The notes beneath the pieces were generated by a model. The model was given only the letters and a program-made list of their open reading frames with translations, was not told the DNA's origin and ran no database searches. Shown one piece after another: positions 1-11,483 of a stretch of 19,662 nt of DNA (position 1 is the first letter of the stretch; each line of letters starts with the position of its first letter). The stretch comes from Chthoniobacteraceae bacterium (GTDB taxonomy: Bacteria > Verrucomicrobiota > Verrucomicrobiia > Chthoniobacterales > Chthoniobacteraceae): the NCBI GenBank assembly GCA_031409655.1, contig JANNXQ010000272.1, positions 1 through 19,662 on the forward strand, written 5' to 3'. Made by a program: the position numbers and the translations under genes.

Positions 1-20
1 GAGTCCGTGGTCGCGCTCAT
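1..20 (-). CDS. Probable 5' end of a gene (MSATTD...) running off the left edge; candidate target of the riboswitch
   Basis: ATG on the minus strand at 20-18, preceded by purine-rich AAAGGAAGAG (plus 27-36) 6 nt upstream, and downstream of the riboswitch. Only 6 codons are visible, so the product is unknown. Confidence 0.4.
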
Positions 21-213
21 GGGCGACTCTTCCTTTGGAAGCTAGCGACGGGCGCGGCAGCACTGGGCAGACGATGGAGGCGACCGCGAGCGGCGGCCTC
101 CCGGGAGTGTTTATTCAAGCGTTGGATATGGATATTGAACCTCCCGGATGCGGAGGAAGGTTTGGCGTTCTCTGGAGATCGGGAACGCGCCCCAGCGGCG
201 GGGCACTTTCTTG

Positions 214-357
214 CTCTCGGTGTGGCGCTTGCGAGGTTAGCTGTCGGACTAGAGCCACCAAGTGCTCCCGGTGCCGTAGCACCGTACGCCCCGATCTGCT
301 CACGCAGAACTTTTGGTTCCCCCGCTGGCCCAGCCACGAGGCTGCGCCATTCAGCAT
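214..357 (-). ncRNA. ydaO/yuaA-class cyclic di-AMP riboswitch aptamer
   Basis: The minus strand reads GCTGAAT-[hairpin GGCGCAGCC..GGCTGGGCC]-AGCGGGGGAACCA...GGGGCGTAC...TCCGACAGCTAACCTCGCAAGCG. This matches, in order, the conserved ydaO blocks (GCUGAAU, GGGGGAACCA, GGGGUGAAU, UCCGUCAGCUAACCUCGUAAGC). It has GUGA and cUACGg tetraloop hairpins (plus 295-308 and 270-283) and a pseudoknot-compatible pairing of loop CUUGGUG (plus 256-262) with downstream CACCGAG (plus 216-222). Confidence 0.9.
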
Positions 358-376
358 AAACAAAGAACTTAGCCGC

Positions 377-405
377 AGGCTACGGAAGCGACGCCATCCG
401 GTCAA
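377..405 (-). promoter_or_regulatory. sigma70-type promoter for the riboswitch-containing transcript
   Basis: TTGACC (405-400), a 17-nt spacer, then TAGCCT (382-377), about 20 nt upstream of the aptamer 5' end. Confidence 0.7.
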
Positions 406-575
406 GAAGGCGCCGTTGATCGCTCCCGGACGATTCCTTCCACCGCGAAATGGCACGCGTAATCACCACAAGATAAGCTATTTCGGAATGACGCGCGGCT
501 CGGATTCGGGGTGCCATGAGGCCGCCGATTGAAAAGAGTTGTCGCTTATCCCAGCGATCCCGGCGATAGTTGGGG

Positions 576-911
576 ATGAAAACAGCTTACGGTTTCTCAC
601 GTCGGGGTCCTGATCGCGTCGCTGAGGAACTTGCCACGGTTCTTTCCAAGAAAACGTCCTTTGAGTTCAAGGCGCTCTTCACGATCGTGCATGAGAATCT
701 CAAGGCGCGGAATGCCGCCTCGGGTGGCGAGGAAATGCTGCGACTGAGGGCTTACGAAAAGCTGCAGAATATGGTGCAGGCGGGAATCGTGAAAAAAGTC
801 GGCAAGGAATACCGCGGCGTCACCGCAGCGCTCGTCACTTTCATGGAGACCGCGGAGGAGCTGAACGCAAAGTTCGCTGCCGGGCAGCATAGCCGTCCAC
901 CAGCGAGGTAA
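576..911 (+). CDS. Small basic hypothetical protein (111 aa), possibly winged-helix-like
   Basis: ATG at 576 lies within ORF 570..911. The sequence is protein-like, with amphipathic helices (EEMLRLRAYEKLQNMVQAG) followed by a short beta-hairpin-like IVKKVGKEYRG. The fold is inferred. Confidence 0.8.
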   Translation: MKTAYGFSRRGPDRVAEELATVLSKKTSFEFKALFTIVHENLKARNAASGGEEMLRLRAYEKLQNMVQAGIVKKVGKEYRGVTAALVTFMETAEELNAKFAAGQHSRPPAR

Positions 912-1289
912 GGGCTTCTCGCGGAGGGGCGTGGATGCGCCTGTGGGAGGCTTTAGTGCTTGGAAGAGGGCGGGCATTCTTACGCGTTGATTCTTGGTCA
1001 CTGCTGTTTGGTGGGTGATCCAGATCAGGTGGCCCCTATTCTTAAACTGCAAGGGCTGAATGATTTACATTGGCCACCGCAGGCAAGTTGGCTGCCCGTT
1101 TTTTATGGAAAATCGAGAATGCGCTCGACTCTGGGCTCCCGTATTTGGTTTCTACGGGAAGTAGTCAACTAACCGGCGACCCCACTGAACTTACTTGGAG
1201 ACACCTCTCACTTTGGGGCCGGTTGAGTCCCCCGCTGCCCTGCCAGCCTCACCCGTCTGCCACCCCCTCGTCGTACCCGGAGCCGTCTT

Positions 1290-4200
1290 ATGAATCGCCA
1301 GCAAGCCACCCCAATCCGTCGTCCCCGTCATATCTGCGCGACTTCCATCGCCGCCTTTTTGGCCGCAGTCGTGGTCTCGCCTGCGGAGACCTATCAGGTC
1401 GAACTCGGCGAAAATCTCGCCGTCTCCAGCGCCGTCCCCGATTTTGTGACCAAGAATGGGCTCGGCACGCTCGTCCTCTCGGGCGCTCAGTCCTACTCTG
1501 GAGCGACGGCGGTCCACCAAGGCACGCTGGTCATCTCGAGCATCGGGAATCTTGGGAACACGAGTTCCATCAGCATCAATCATCACCCGGCAGCAGGCAC
1601 GCCCCTCGCGTCCGGAACAACGCAGGGGGTCTCCGCAGGTCAATTGTTCATCGCCGGCACTTACACGCCACAGACGTTTGATTTCACCCCCTTCGGCGGG
1701 CTCAAGCTTTCTGGGGGCGGTCCGGGGGGAAATGGGGCCGCGCTCAATGTCTTGGGGAATGTCACGGTGAATGGCATCGCGACGAGCGGCACTTCGACGA
1801 CGCGGATTGCTTCGAACTTCGGCACGCTTTCGATTCCTGCTGTGGCGATCTCCAGCGTGGGAGGTACGACGGCGCAAACGCTTCAACTTCTTGGCAACGG
1901 TCACTTTGCCATAAGTGGACTCACGGGCTCCGGGCAGATCAGCAAGGCCGGCACCGGCACCCTGGTTCTCTCCGGCTCCAATACCAACACCGGAATCCTG
2001 CAGCTTGATGGTGGAGGATTTGTCCGCGTCTCAGCGGGATCAAATCTTGGAGTCAACACGGCCATCAACGCCGTCAACTTCAATCTCGGCGCCTTGGAGG
2101 TTCGCACCGAGAACGGCTCAAGCTTCGCCACCAAGGGCGTCAGCATCGCGGCGAATAACGGCACACTCAACGTCGATCGCGCCATCGGCGGGACCAATGC
2201 CACGGCGATCAACCAGACGGTCACCTTCTCTGGGCTAACCCTCGCTGGGAACCGCAATCTCACGATCAACGGGCGCAACGGCTATGGAGTGACTTTCACA
2301 GCGAACGCTGTCGCCACCCAGCTCAACAATCAGAACATCTTCACCAATAACAGCAGCGGACCGCTCACCTTTACCGGCAATGTCTGGAACAACAACGACA
2401 CGACCGCCAGCCGCAATCTCACGTTCGGCGGGACTGGCGACATCACGCTCAATGCGAGCATCCTCGCACCCAGCACCGCCGCTCATTCGGTGACGAAGAC
2501 GGGCGCTGGAGTTCTGACTGTCCTCGGGACAGGCTCCACATACCGCGGCACCACCAGCATTCAGAATGGCACATTGGTCGCCCGTAATTTCGGGTCGCTC
2601 GGCCTCGCGACCAGTGCAGCGACTATCAATCTGGGCAGTGGCTCAACGGCTGGCACGCTTACCTTCGTTGGGGCGCTGGGGTCCGGCGCGGTCGGAGCGA
2701 GTTCACGTCCGATCAGTCTCGTCGGCACCTCAGCCGGCGGTCGGATCAATGCGAATCAAACCGGCAGCGCCCCGACGGCCATCATCCTCACGGGTAACGT
2801 CGGAGCGCTTTTTCCAAGCTCCGTCAGTCGCACCTTGACCCTCGGAGGCACGAGCACCCTCGATAACGAAATCAGTGGCAACATTACCGATGGCACTCCC
2901 GGAGCCACCGTGGCGCTCGCCAAGACCGATGGGGGGACGTGGGTCGTCTCCGGCACCAACGCCTACTCTGGGAACACCACGATCTCGAACGGCGTGCTGA
3001 AGGTTAAAACCAACGTGGGCTCCGTCTCCGTCCTTCCCGACGCCAGCCCGATCGTTTTCACTGCCGACGGCAATCAAGCGGCGGGCGGACGCCTGGTGAT
3101 CCTCGGCGATGCGGTTAGCTCGATCACGGAGGTCGTCGGGGCGATCACCCCGTTGCAAGGTCACGGGGTCGTCCGGGTGGAGAGCCCAGGCTTTACTTTC
3201 GCCACGCTCAACACGTCCCTCGGCGGCTCCTCCACGAGTGGCGCGAGCGTGGACTTTCAGACTCCGACGGCTCTGTCCGCCATCAAGGTCACGAATCCCA
3301 CGGGCTTCCTGCGCGGTTCTGCCTACTTGAACGGCTCGAATTTCGCCTTCGCCGATGGCGTCGGAACGCTGCGGGCGCCGAACTACGGCGACGGCCTGGG
3401 CGGCGGCGGAACGGATGTCGGCTTCGCCACGAGCGCGGTGGCACTGACGTCGGGGTTTCACAACGAAATCACCGGAAACATCGCCGCAGGGGCGTCCACA
3501 GTCGCTTCGCTGAAGCTCAATGGATCACAAACCCTGACGCTGTCTGGCAACCTCGGGTTCAATGCTGGCCCGAACGCTGTGGGCGGTATTCTCGCGACCG
3601 GAGGAAATTCGACGATCTCGGGTTCCGCAGGCTCCATCCAAGGGCCCGGCACCGCGGGCTTGGTGATTCGGGTGAACGGTCCCGGCGACACTCTCACGCT
3701 CGCAAGACCGATCGCGAGTTCGACCCTGGGTGGCTTATCAAAGAACGGCGAAGGGACGCTCATCCTGGCTGCTGCAAATAGTCAGAGTGGACCAATTAGT
3801 ATCAACGAAGGAACGGTGCGTCTCGCGGCCGGCGGGCGCTTGAGTTTCCAGTTTCTGCCCCTTGTGATTCGGCAAGACGGAACCCTGGATATTAATGGGA
3901 TCAACGTCAATACTGTCACACAATTGGACGGCGCGGGCATCGTGACTAATAGCGGTTCGGCAGCAGCGACGCTAAGCGTTGGCATCACCGGAGGAACCGG
4001 CAACTTTAGTGGCATTATTCGGAATGGAATTAGTCCCATCAGCATGACCAAGTTCGGATCGGGGACGCAGACATGGAGCGGACAAAATACATATACCGGT
4101 CCCACTACGCTCACGAACACCGGCATCCTTTCTGTCCCCGCCCTTTCCGATATCGGCCAACCCAGCAGCATCGGCGCTGGCGATGCAACCAACGACGCCA

Positions 4201-7200
4201 CTAACGCCGCGAGCCTCGTTTTCGGCAGCGGTGCTACGGTGGGCCAGGCCGGGCTCGCGTACACAGGCGCGGCCTCCATCAGCATTGATCGTCTATTTAC
4301 CCTCGCGAGTGCGAGCAGCACCGGTGCTCCAGGGGCGCGCCTGCTGGCAAATGGCGAGAATAGCGCGACCCTCATCTTCAACAAGACAGCCCCGATCGCC
4401 TACGGTGCCGGCGGTAACACCGTCGCGCAGATTTTGACTCTGGATGGAACCTCCACCGGGGACAATCAGATAAACCTCCAACTCATCAATCCCGCCGGCG
4501 GCGGTTCTGTGGTCCTGAATGTCACGAAAGCAGGAGCGGGAACATGGGTTCTCGGCAATGCCTCCAACGGCTACACGGGACGCACCACCATCAGCGGAGG
4601 CCGTCTCATCGCGGAAGGCACTACACTTCCAGCCGGTAGCCCGCTGGTCCTCGGCGGCGGAGTCCTCGAAACCAGCGGCGCTTTCACTCGCTCACTCACG
4701 GCCACACCCACCAACGGAACCGGCGCTGTAAATTGGTCCGGCAGCGGTGGCTTCGCCGCCTCCGGAAGCAAGCTCACGGTCAACCTCGGCGGAGCGGGCT
4801 CGACGCTGACTTGGAACACTGGCGGCTTCCTCCCTCACACCACCGGCGTCGGCACGGCGGCGGGCACCGTGACCGCGAGTCCTTTGATCCTGAGTTCCAC
4901 GACCGCGCTCGATGAAGTGGAGTTTCAAAACGGCATCAACATCAATGCCACCTTCGGCCCGAGCACGACGCTGGCGCACACCATCCAGGTGGACGACAAC
5001 CCCACCACTTCGCTCGATCGGGCGACCATTTCCGGCGCCATCACCGGGACGCTCGGTTCGGGAGGTTTGGTCAAAGCCGGCACCGGCTCCCTCTACCTGC
5101 TGGGAACTAATACCTACGTCGGCTTCACGAATCTCAACGCTGGCGCCCTCGGGGTTACTTCGATCAATGGCGGTCTGGGCGATGCCGCGAGCCCACTGAA
5201 TCTCAACGGCAATGGCGTGCGCCTGGAATATCTCGGCGGGGCCGAGACTTCCAGCCGGACGATCAACATCAATAACAGCGCCGTGATCGACGCCAGCGGC
5301 TCCGGCGCCCTGACTCTCAACAATCTGATCGGAGCGGGAACGACGAGTCGCACCTTGACCTTGCAAGGGTTAAATACCGACGCCAACGAAGTCCGGAGCA
5401 ATCTTGAACAGTCAGGAACGAGCGCACTCTCTGTGACAAAAAGCGGTGGCGGCACGTGGATTCTTTCCGGGAACAATTTCTTCACGGGGACGCTCTCCGT
5501 CGCGGGTGGAAACTTGGGCCTGACCTCCGCGGCGGCGGCAGCAGGTCAGGGAGCGCTCACCATCGGGAACGGCAATCTTTTCGCCGAAGGCGGCGACCTG
5601 ACCCTTACGAACCCCATCGTGAACCTCGCTCCGCTTGCCACCGGCGGCGTGATCGGCACCAACTCCATCACCCTCAGCGGCGAAACAGTGAACGTCGGCT
5701 CGGGCGGCAATTCGACTCTGAATAACTTCCTGCCAGACGGAAAGGCCTTCACCGTCACGGGCACGGTAACGAATTCAGACACGACCGCGAACCGAGCGTT
5801 GGTCCTTGGAGGCAATGGCCGCACGGTCCTGTCCGGCCAAATCCGGGACTACGTCAGCACCGCCGCCCGCACGCTGGGCCTGACGCTGAACAGTGGAACT
5901 CTCATTTTGGGAGATGACGCTGCCAATACCTACTCGGGCGCGACGACGGTCATCGGCGGCACCTTGGAACTGGCGGGAGCTTCCGGCGACGCCATTCCGA
6001 ACGGCGTCGGCAAGGGTTCGGTGACCTTCAGTAATACCATTCTGCCAGCCAGCCTCCTCCTCAATGGCCGCTCGGAAACGATCAATGGCCTCACAGGCAC
6101 CAGTTCAGGTGCCAAGTTGATTGACAATAACTCTGCATCTCCCGCCACCCTGACGTTCGGCGACGCCGGTGGCGCCGTTTCGTACAACGGCGACCTCACC
6201 AATTCCAATGGAGGACCGTTGTCGATCGTCAAAACTGGCACAGCCGCAGCAGTCCTCTCGGGTAACATCCTGAGCTATACCGGCATCACGAAGGTGGAAG
6301 ACGGAGGCAGTCTGGCTTTTCCCAGGAGTGCGCCCACGGCCACCTTGGGGATCGACGTTGCAGGCGGCGCCAGTCTGAGCTTCGCGAGTGGGTTAGGCGT
6401 CCCAATGACCAGCCTTTCGCAATTGCGTCTAGGGGTTGGAGGTGGCACGACGGTGCTGGGGCTCGACGTGGGCGCCAACTCCGACACCCTCACGACCACT
6501 GGAGTTGCCGTCGCCAGCGGGAACATCAACTTCGCAATCAGTGCGGCGGACGATTTTAGCACGTTTGGAGGAACCTATGACCTCCTCGTTTCGGAAGCAG
6601 GCGGATTTAACTTTGCGACCTTCGGAATCTCTGCAATCCCCGGCGGATACACGGGCACCATCGACACCAGTAACTCGAATAAAGTCCGCCTCGTGTTGGC
6701 CCCAACGGCAGGCGGTCAAGTCTATTACTGGACGGCCGATCTGACTCGTAGCTGGTCCGCAATCAGCGCTGCGAACACGAACTGGTCGGTGGCTGATGCT
6801 GGCGACGGAGGAACCACTCCCGGCGCGACCGACACGGCCATCTTCAGTTCCCAGAATACCCCGCCGGGCACCGCCGCCGGAAACGTTCAACTCGTCACGC
6901 TCGACGGAAATCAGGCGGTCAAAAACATCCTCTTCAACGGAAGTCCGGTTACAGGAATCTTGGCCTCAAATGTCCATATCGCGCAAGGAACAGGCGGTGC
7001 ACTGACAATCAGTCCCAGCGAAGCAACGGACGGTATCACGATTTCCGACTTCTCGGGAGCCGCAACCATTTCCGCACCGCTCGCCCTGGGTGCAGATCAG
7101 ACATGGGATGTCGGCATTGCTGGCACCTTAGCAAACGCCGTAACAGTTGCGGTTACGGGTGTGATGTCTGGCACTGGCAGCCTGACTAAAAGCGGCATCG

Positions 7201-8939
7201 GCGTCGTATCGCTCACCGGCATCAACACCCGCCAAAGCGCGACCGCCATTACCGCCGGCACCATTACGATTAATGCCGAGGCGGCGCTAGGCGCGAATCC
7301 CGCCTCCCCGAGTTCCAGCCACTTGACGCTCGATGGAGGCACCCTGCGCAGCGCGGCGATCTTGACGATCGACGATGCCAACCGGGGCATCCGCCTCGGA
7401 GATTCCGGGGGCACGTTCGATACCACTGGTGGCAATATCACGGTGGCGAGCACGAATGTCATTTCGGGGCCAGGAAGCTTGAACAAGGTTGGTGGAAATA
7501 CGCTGATCCTCAATGGTCCAAACACCTACGCTGGCTCTACGACCATTTCAGGTGGCACCATCCGGATGGCAGACAACGAAGCCCTCAGCGGTAGTGCCGT
7601 CACCCTGAATGGTTCAGGCGCAGTGCTCGAGCTCGCGGACGGGGTCACCAGCACGAATGCCGTGGCGGTCACGGATTTCGGTAATGACAAGACGCTCCGC
7701 CTGCTCGCCGGCGCGACGTCCGCTACACATTCAGGGACAATCACCGTCGCGGAGACAACGATTGGGAACTTCCGCGCCCAAGCCAGCACGGGCGGAACGC
7801 TGAACTTGAATGGAGCGATCCTGCAGTCTGGCACCGCGGCTGCGGGGCTCCGGGTCAATGAACTCGCCGCAAACACGGGTGTCGTCGTCCTTTCCGGAAC
7901 AAACACCTACGGCGGGACGACCGAAGTGCGTAACGGAACCCTCCGTAACGGCGCGAGTGACGTGATTCCTGGCGCACTCCTGGTCAACGCCTTGAATGCG
8001 GCTACTCCAAACGCGACCTACGATCTCGACGGGAAGGACGAGACGGTCAGTCTCCTCACTTATGGTGCCGCGGCAAGCAGCGCCGCCGCCTTCATCAATG
8101 TGGCGACGACGGGCGCAGGCACTCTGACCCTCGGTGGCAATGTAATCACCCTGGCTGGCAACGCTGGGACAAAAGCGGAACTCCGGGGAAAAGTCGTCCT
8201 GGATGCGACGCGCACTTTCACCGTGGCCAACGCCACTGCACAAGAAACAGACCTGTTGGTCAGCGCAGACATCAGTGGCAACGGCGGCCTGACAAAAACC
8301 GGAACGGGGACCATGGAGATGTCGGGGACAAATACTTACTCCGGCACCACCACGATCAATGCTGGCAACTTGCTCGTGAACGGCTCCGTCGCTGGAGTGG
8401 TCAATGTGGCGGGTGGGAGCCTCACGGGAAATGGCTCGGTCGGCTTGTTGGTGGCCGCTTCTGGAACGATCGCACCCGGGAACACTGCGCTCCCCAGCAC
8501 GCTCGGCACGCTGACGGCCCAGGCTGTGACCCTGACGGTGAACTCCACGTTTGCGCTCGAGATCAGCACCACCGCCCTGACCAACGATCGGCTCATCTCG
8601 AACCAGGATCTCCTCCTGGAAATCGCCTCGAGCCCCAAGCTCACCTTCGCGGTCGTAAACCCTGATTTGTCCGTGCCGCTCGGCACGAAGTTCACCTTCA
8701 TCACCTACGCTGGGAACTGGAATGGCGGCATCTTCGCGATTGGTGGCAACCCCATCTCCGACGACGTCGAGTATTTCCAAGTCGGTGCCAACGTGTTTGC
8801 GCTCGATTACAACGACGGTGGGCACAGCGTCTCGCTCATCGCCGTGCCAGAACCCGCCAGCACCAGCCTCGTCCTCGGCGGCTTCGGGTTGCTGGCAGGG
8901 CTGCGCCGTCGGCTGACGAAGAGCCGCGCACCTCGCTGA
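1290..8939 (+). CDS. Large exported autotransporter-associated beta-strand repeat (PATR) protein with C-terminal PEP-CTERM sorting signal
   Basis: 2549-aa ORF rich in G/T/S/N/A, with an N-terminal signal-peptide-like segment. About 15 repeats of type LTKTGTGTxxLSGTNTYSGTTTINAG, counted by eye. It ends in VPEP (8844-8855), a hydrophobic stretch and LRRR. No C-terminal autotransporter beta-barrel. Confidence 0.93.
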   Translation: MNRQQATPIRRPRHICATSIAAFLAAVVVSPAETYQVELGENLAVSSAVPDFVTKNGLGTLVLSGAQSYSGATAVHQGTLVISSIGNLGNTSSISINHHPAAGTPLASGTTQGVSAGQLFIAGTYTPQTFDFTPFGGLKLSGGGPGGNGAALNVLGNVTVNGIATSGTSTTRIASNFGTLSIPAVAISSVGGTTAQTLQLLGNGHFAISGLTGSGQISKAGTGTLVLSGSNTNTGILQLDGGGFVRVSAGSNLGVNTAINAVNFNLGALEVRTENGSSFATKGVSIAANNGTLNVDRAIGGTNATAINQTVTFSGLTLAGNRNLTINGRNGYGVTFTANAVATQLNNQNIFTNNSSGPLTFTGNVWNNNDTTASRNLTFGGTGDITLNASILAPSTAAHSVTKTGAGVLTVLGTGSTYRGTTSIQNGTLVARNFGSLGLATSAATINLGSGSTAGTLTFVGALGSGAVGASSRPISLVGTSAGGRINANQTGSAPTAIILTGNVGALFPSSVSRTLTLGGTSTLDNEISGNITDGTPGATVALAKTDGGTWVVSGTNAYSGNTTISNGVLKVKTNVGSVSVLPDASPIVFTADGNQAAGGRLVILGDAVSSITEVVGAITPLQGHGVVRVESPGFTFATLNTSLGGSSTSGASVDFQTPTALSAIKVTNPTGFLRGSAYLNGSNFAFADGVGTLRAPNYGDGLGGGGTDVGFATSAVALTSGFHNEITGNIAAGASTVASLKLNGSQTLTLSGNLGFNAGPNAVGGILATGGNSTISGSAGSIQGPGTAGLVIRVNGPGDTLTLARPIASSTLGGLSKNGEGTLILAAANSQSGPISINEGTVRLAAGGRLSFQFLPLVIRQDGTLDINGINVNTVTQLDGAGIVTNSGSAAATLSVGITGGTGNFSGIIRNGISPISMTKFGSGTQTWSGQNTYTGPTTLTNTGILSVPALSDIGQPSSIGAGDATNDATNAASLVFGSGATVGQAGLAYTGAASISIDRLFTLASASSTGAPGARLLANGENSATLIFNKTAPIAYGAGGNTVAQILTLDGTSTGDNQINLQLINPAGGGSVVLNVTKAGAGTWVLGNASNGYTGRTTISGGRLIAEGTTLPAGSPLVLGGGVLETSGAFTRSLTATPTNGTGAVNWSGSGGFAASGSKLTVNLGGAGSTLTWNTGGFLPHTTGVGTAAGTVTASPLILSSTTALDEVEFQNGININATFGPSTTLAHTIQVDDNPTTSLDRATISGAITGTLGSGGLVKAGTGSLYLLGTNTYVGFTNLNAGALGVTSINGGLGDAASPLNLNGNGVRLEYLGGAETSSRTININNSAVIDASGSGALTLNNLIGAGTTSRTLTLQGLNTDANEVRSNLEQSGTSALSVTKSGGGTWILSGNNFFTGTLSVAGGNLGLTSAAAAAGQGALTIGNGNLFAEGGDLTLTNPIVNLAPLATGGVIGTNSITLSGETVNVGSGGNSTLNNFLPDGKAFTVTGTVTNSDTTANRALVLGGNGRTVLSGQIRDYVSTAARTLGLTLNSGTLILGDDAANTYSGATTVIGGTLELAGASGDAIPNGVGKGSVTFSNTILPASLLLNGRSETINGLTGTSSGAKLIDNNSASPATLTFGDAGGAVSYNGDLTNSNGGPLSIVKTGTAAAVLSGNILSYTGITKVEDGGSLAFPRSAPTATLGIDVAGGASLSFASGLGVPMTSLSQLRLGVGGGTTVLGLDVGANSDTLTTTGVAVASGNINFAISAADDFSTFGGTYDLLVSEAGGFNFATFGISAIPGGYTGTIDTSNSNKVRLVLAPTAGGQVYYWTADLTRSWSAISAANTNWSVADAGDGGTTPGATDTAIFSSQNTPPGTAAGNVQLVTLDGNQAVKNILFNGSPVTGILASNVHIAQGTGGALTISPSEATDGITISDFSGAATISAPLALGADQTWDVGIAGTLANAVTVAVTGVMSGTGSLTKSGIGVVSLTGINTRQSATAITAGTITINAEAALGANPASPSSSHLTLDGGTLRSAAILTIDDANRGIRLGDSGGTFDTTGGNITVASTNVISGPGSLNKVGGNTLILNGPNTYAGSTTISGGTIRMADNEALSGSAVTLNGSGAVLELADGVTSTNAVAVTDFGNDKTLRLLAGATSATHSGTITVAETTIGNFRAQASTGGTLNLNGAILQSGTAAAGLRVNELAANTGVVVLSGTNTYGGTTEVRNGTLRNGASDVIPGALLVNALNAATPNATYDLDGKDETVSLLTYGAAASSAAAFINVATTGAGTLTLGGNVITLAGNAGTKAELRGKVVLDATRTFTVANATAQETDLLVSADISGNGGLTKTGTGTMEMSGTNTYSGTTTINAGNLLVNGSVAGVVNVAGGSLTGNGSVGLLVAASGTIAPGNTALPSTLGTLTAQAVTLTVNSTFALEISTTALTNDRLISNQDLLLEIASSPKLTFAVVNPDLSVPLGTKFTFITYAGNWNGGIFAIGGNPISDDVEYFQVGANVFALDYNDGGHSVSLIAVPEPASTSLVLGGFGLLAGLRRRLTKSRAPR

Positions 8940-9011
8940 CGTTGGTGGGGTTGGCGGAGACTTTGGTTCGAAATCCGAGGCCCGTCCTGAAGACGCCGGG
9001 CTCCAGAAGGC

Positions 9012-9039
9012 TTGACAGCGCGCCGCGGGGTTGGAGCCT
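9012..9039 (+). promoter_or_regulatory. Candidate sigma70 promoter giving a leaderless or near-leaderless mRNA
   Basis: Perfect TTGACA at 9012-9017, a weak -10 (GAGCCT, 9034-9039) after a 16-nt spacer, and ATG at 9047. Confidence 0.4.
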
Positions 9040-9046
9040 TCGCCGC

Positions 9047-11161
<2,115 letters not shown>

Positions 11162-11171
11162 CAGGTGAGCG

Positions 11172-11326
<155 letters not shown>

Positions 11327-11401
11327 CCGGACAAAAGGGTGGACGGCCTTCGGTTTTCGACTACACATTTCGCTCGTCGCACCGCAGAGGTGCGCCAAAG
11401 T

Positions 11402-11477
11402 GGGGGTATAGCTCAGTTGGTAGAGCGCGTCGTTCGCAATGACGAGGCCAGGGGTTCGAATCCCCTTACCTCCACCA
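11402..11477 (+). tRNA. tRNA-Ala (anticodon CGC)
   Basis: 76-nt cloverleaf. Acceptor stem GGGGGTA/TACCTCC with the G3-U70 alanine determinant; D arm GCTCAGTTGGTAGAGC; anticodon arm CGTCG-TTCGCAA-TGACG; T loop GTTCGAATC; encoded CCA end. Confidence 0.98.
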
Positions 11478-11483
11478 CTTCCC

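Noticed and set aside
387..399. 13-mer AGCGACGCCATCC shared between the promoter spacer and the MITE inner arm (15728-15740)
   Set aside because: An isolated GC-rich 13-nt match is plausible by chance in 20 kb, and the flanks diverge.
450..517. TGGCAC motifs on both strands as possible sigma54 promoters
   Set aside because: Neither has the TTGC -12 element at the required spacing.
17..532. ORFs 17..337, 35..532, 115..456 and 135..359
   Set aside because: They overlap the riboswitch and its promoter, have no recognisable motifs, and have the composition of GC-rich shadow ORFs.
11453..11477. tRNA 3' end as an attachment site of an integrated element
   Set aside because: I found no second copy of the tRNA 3' end and no integrase in the window.
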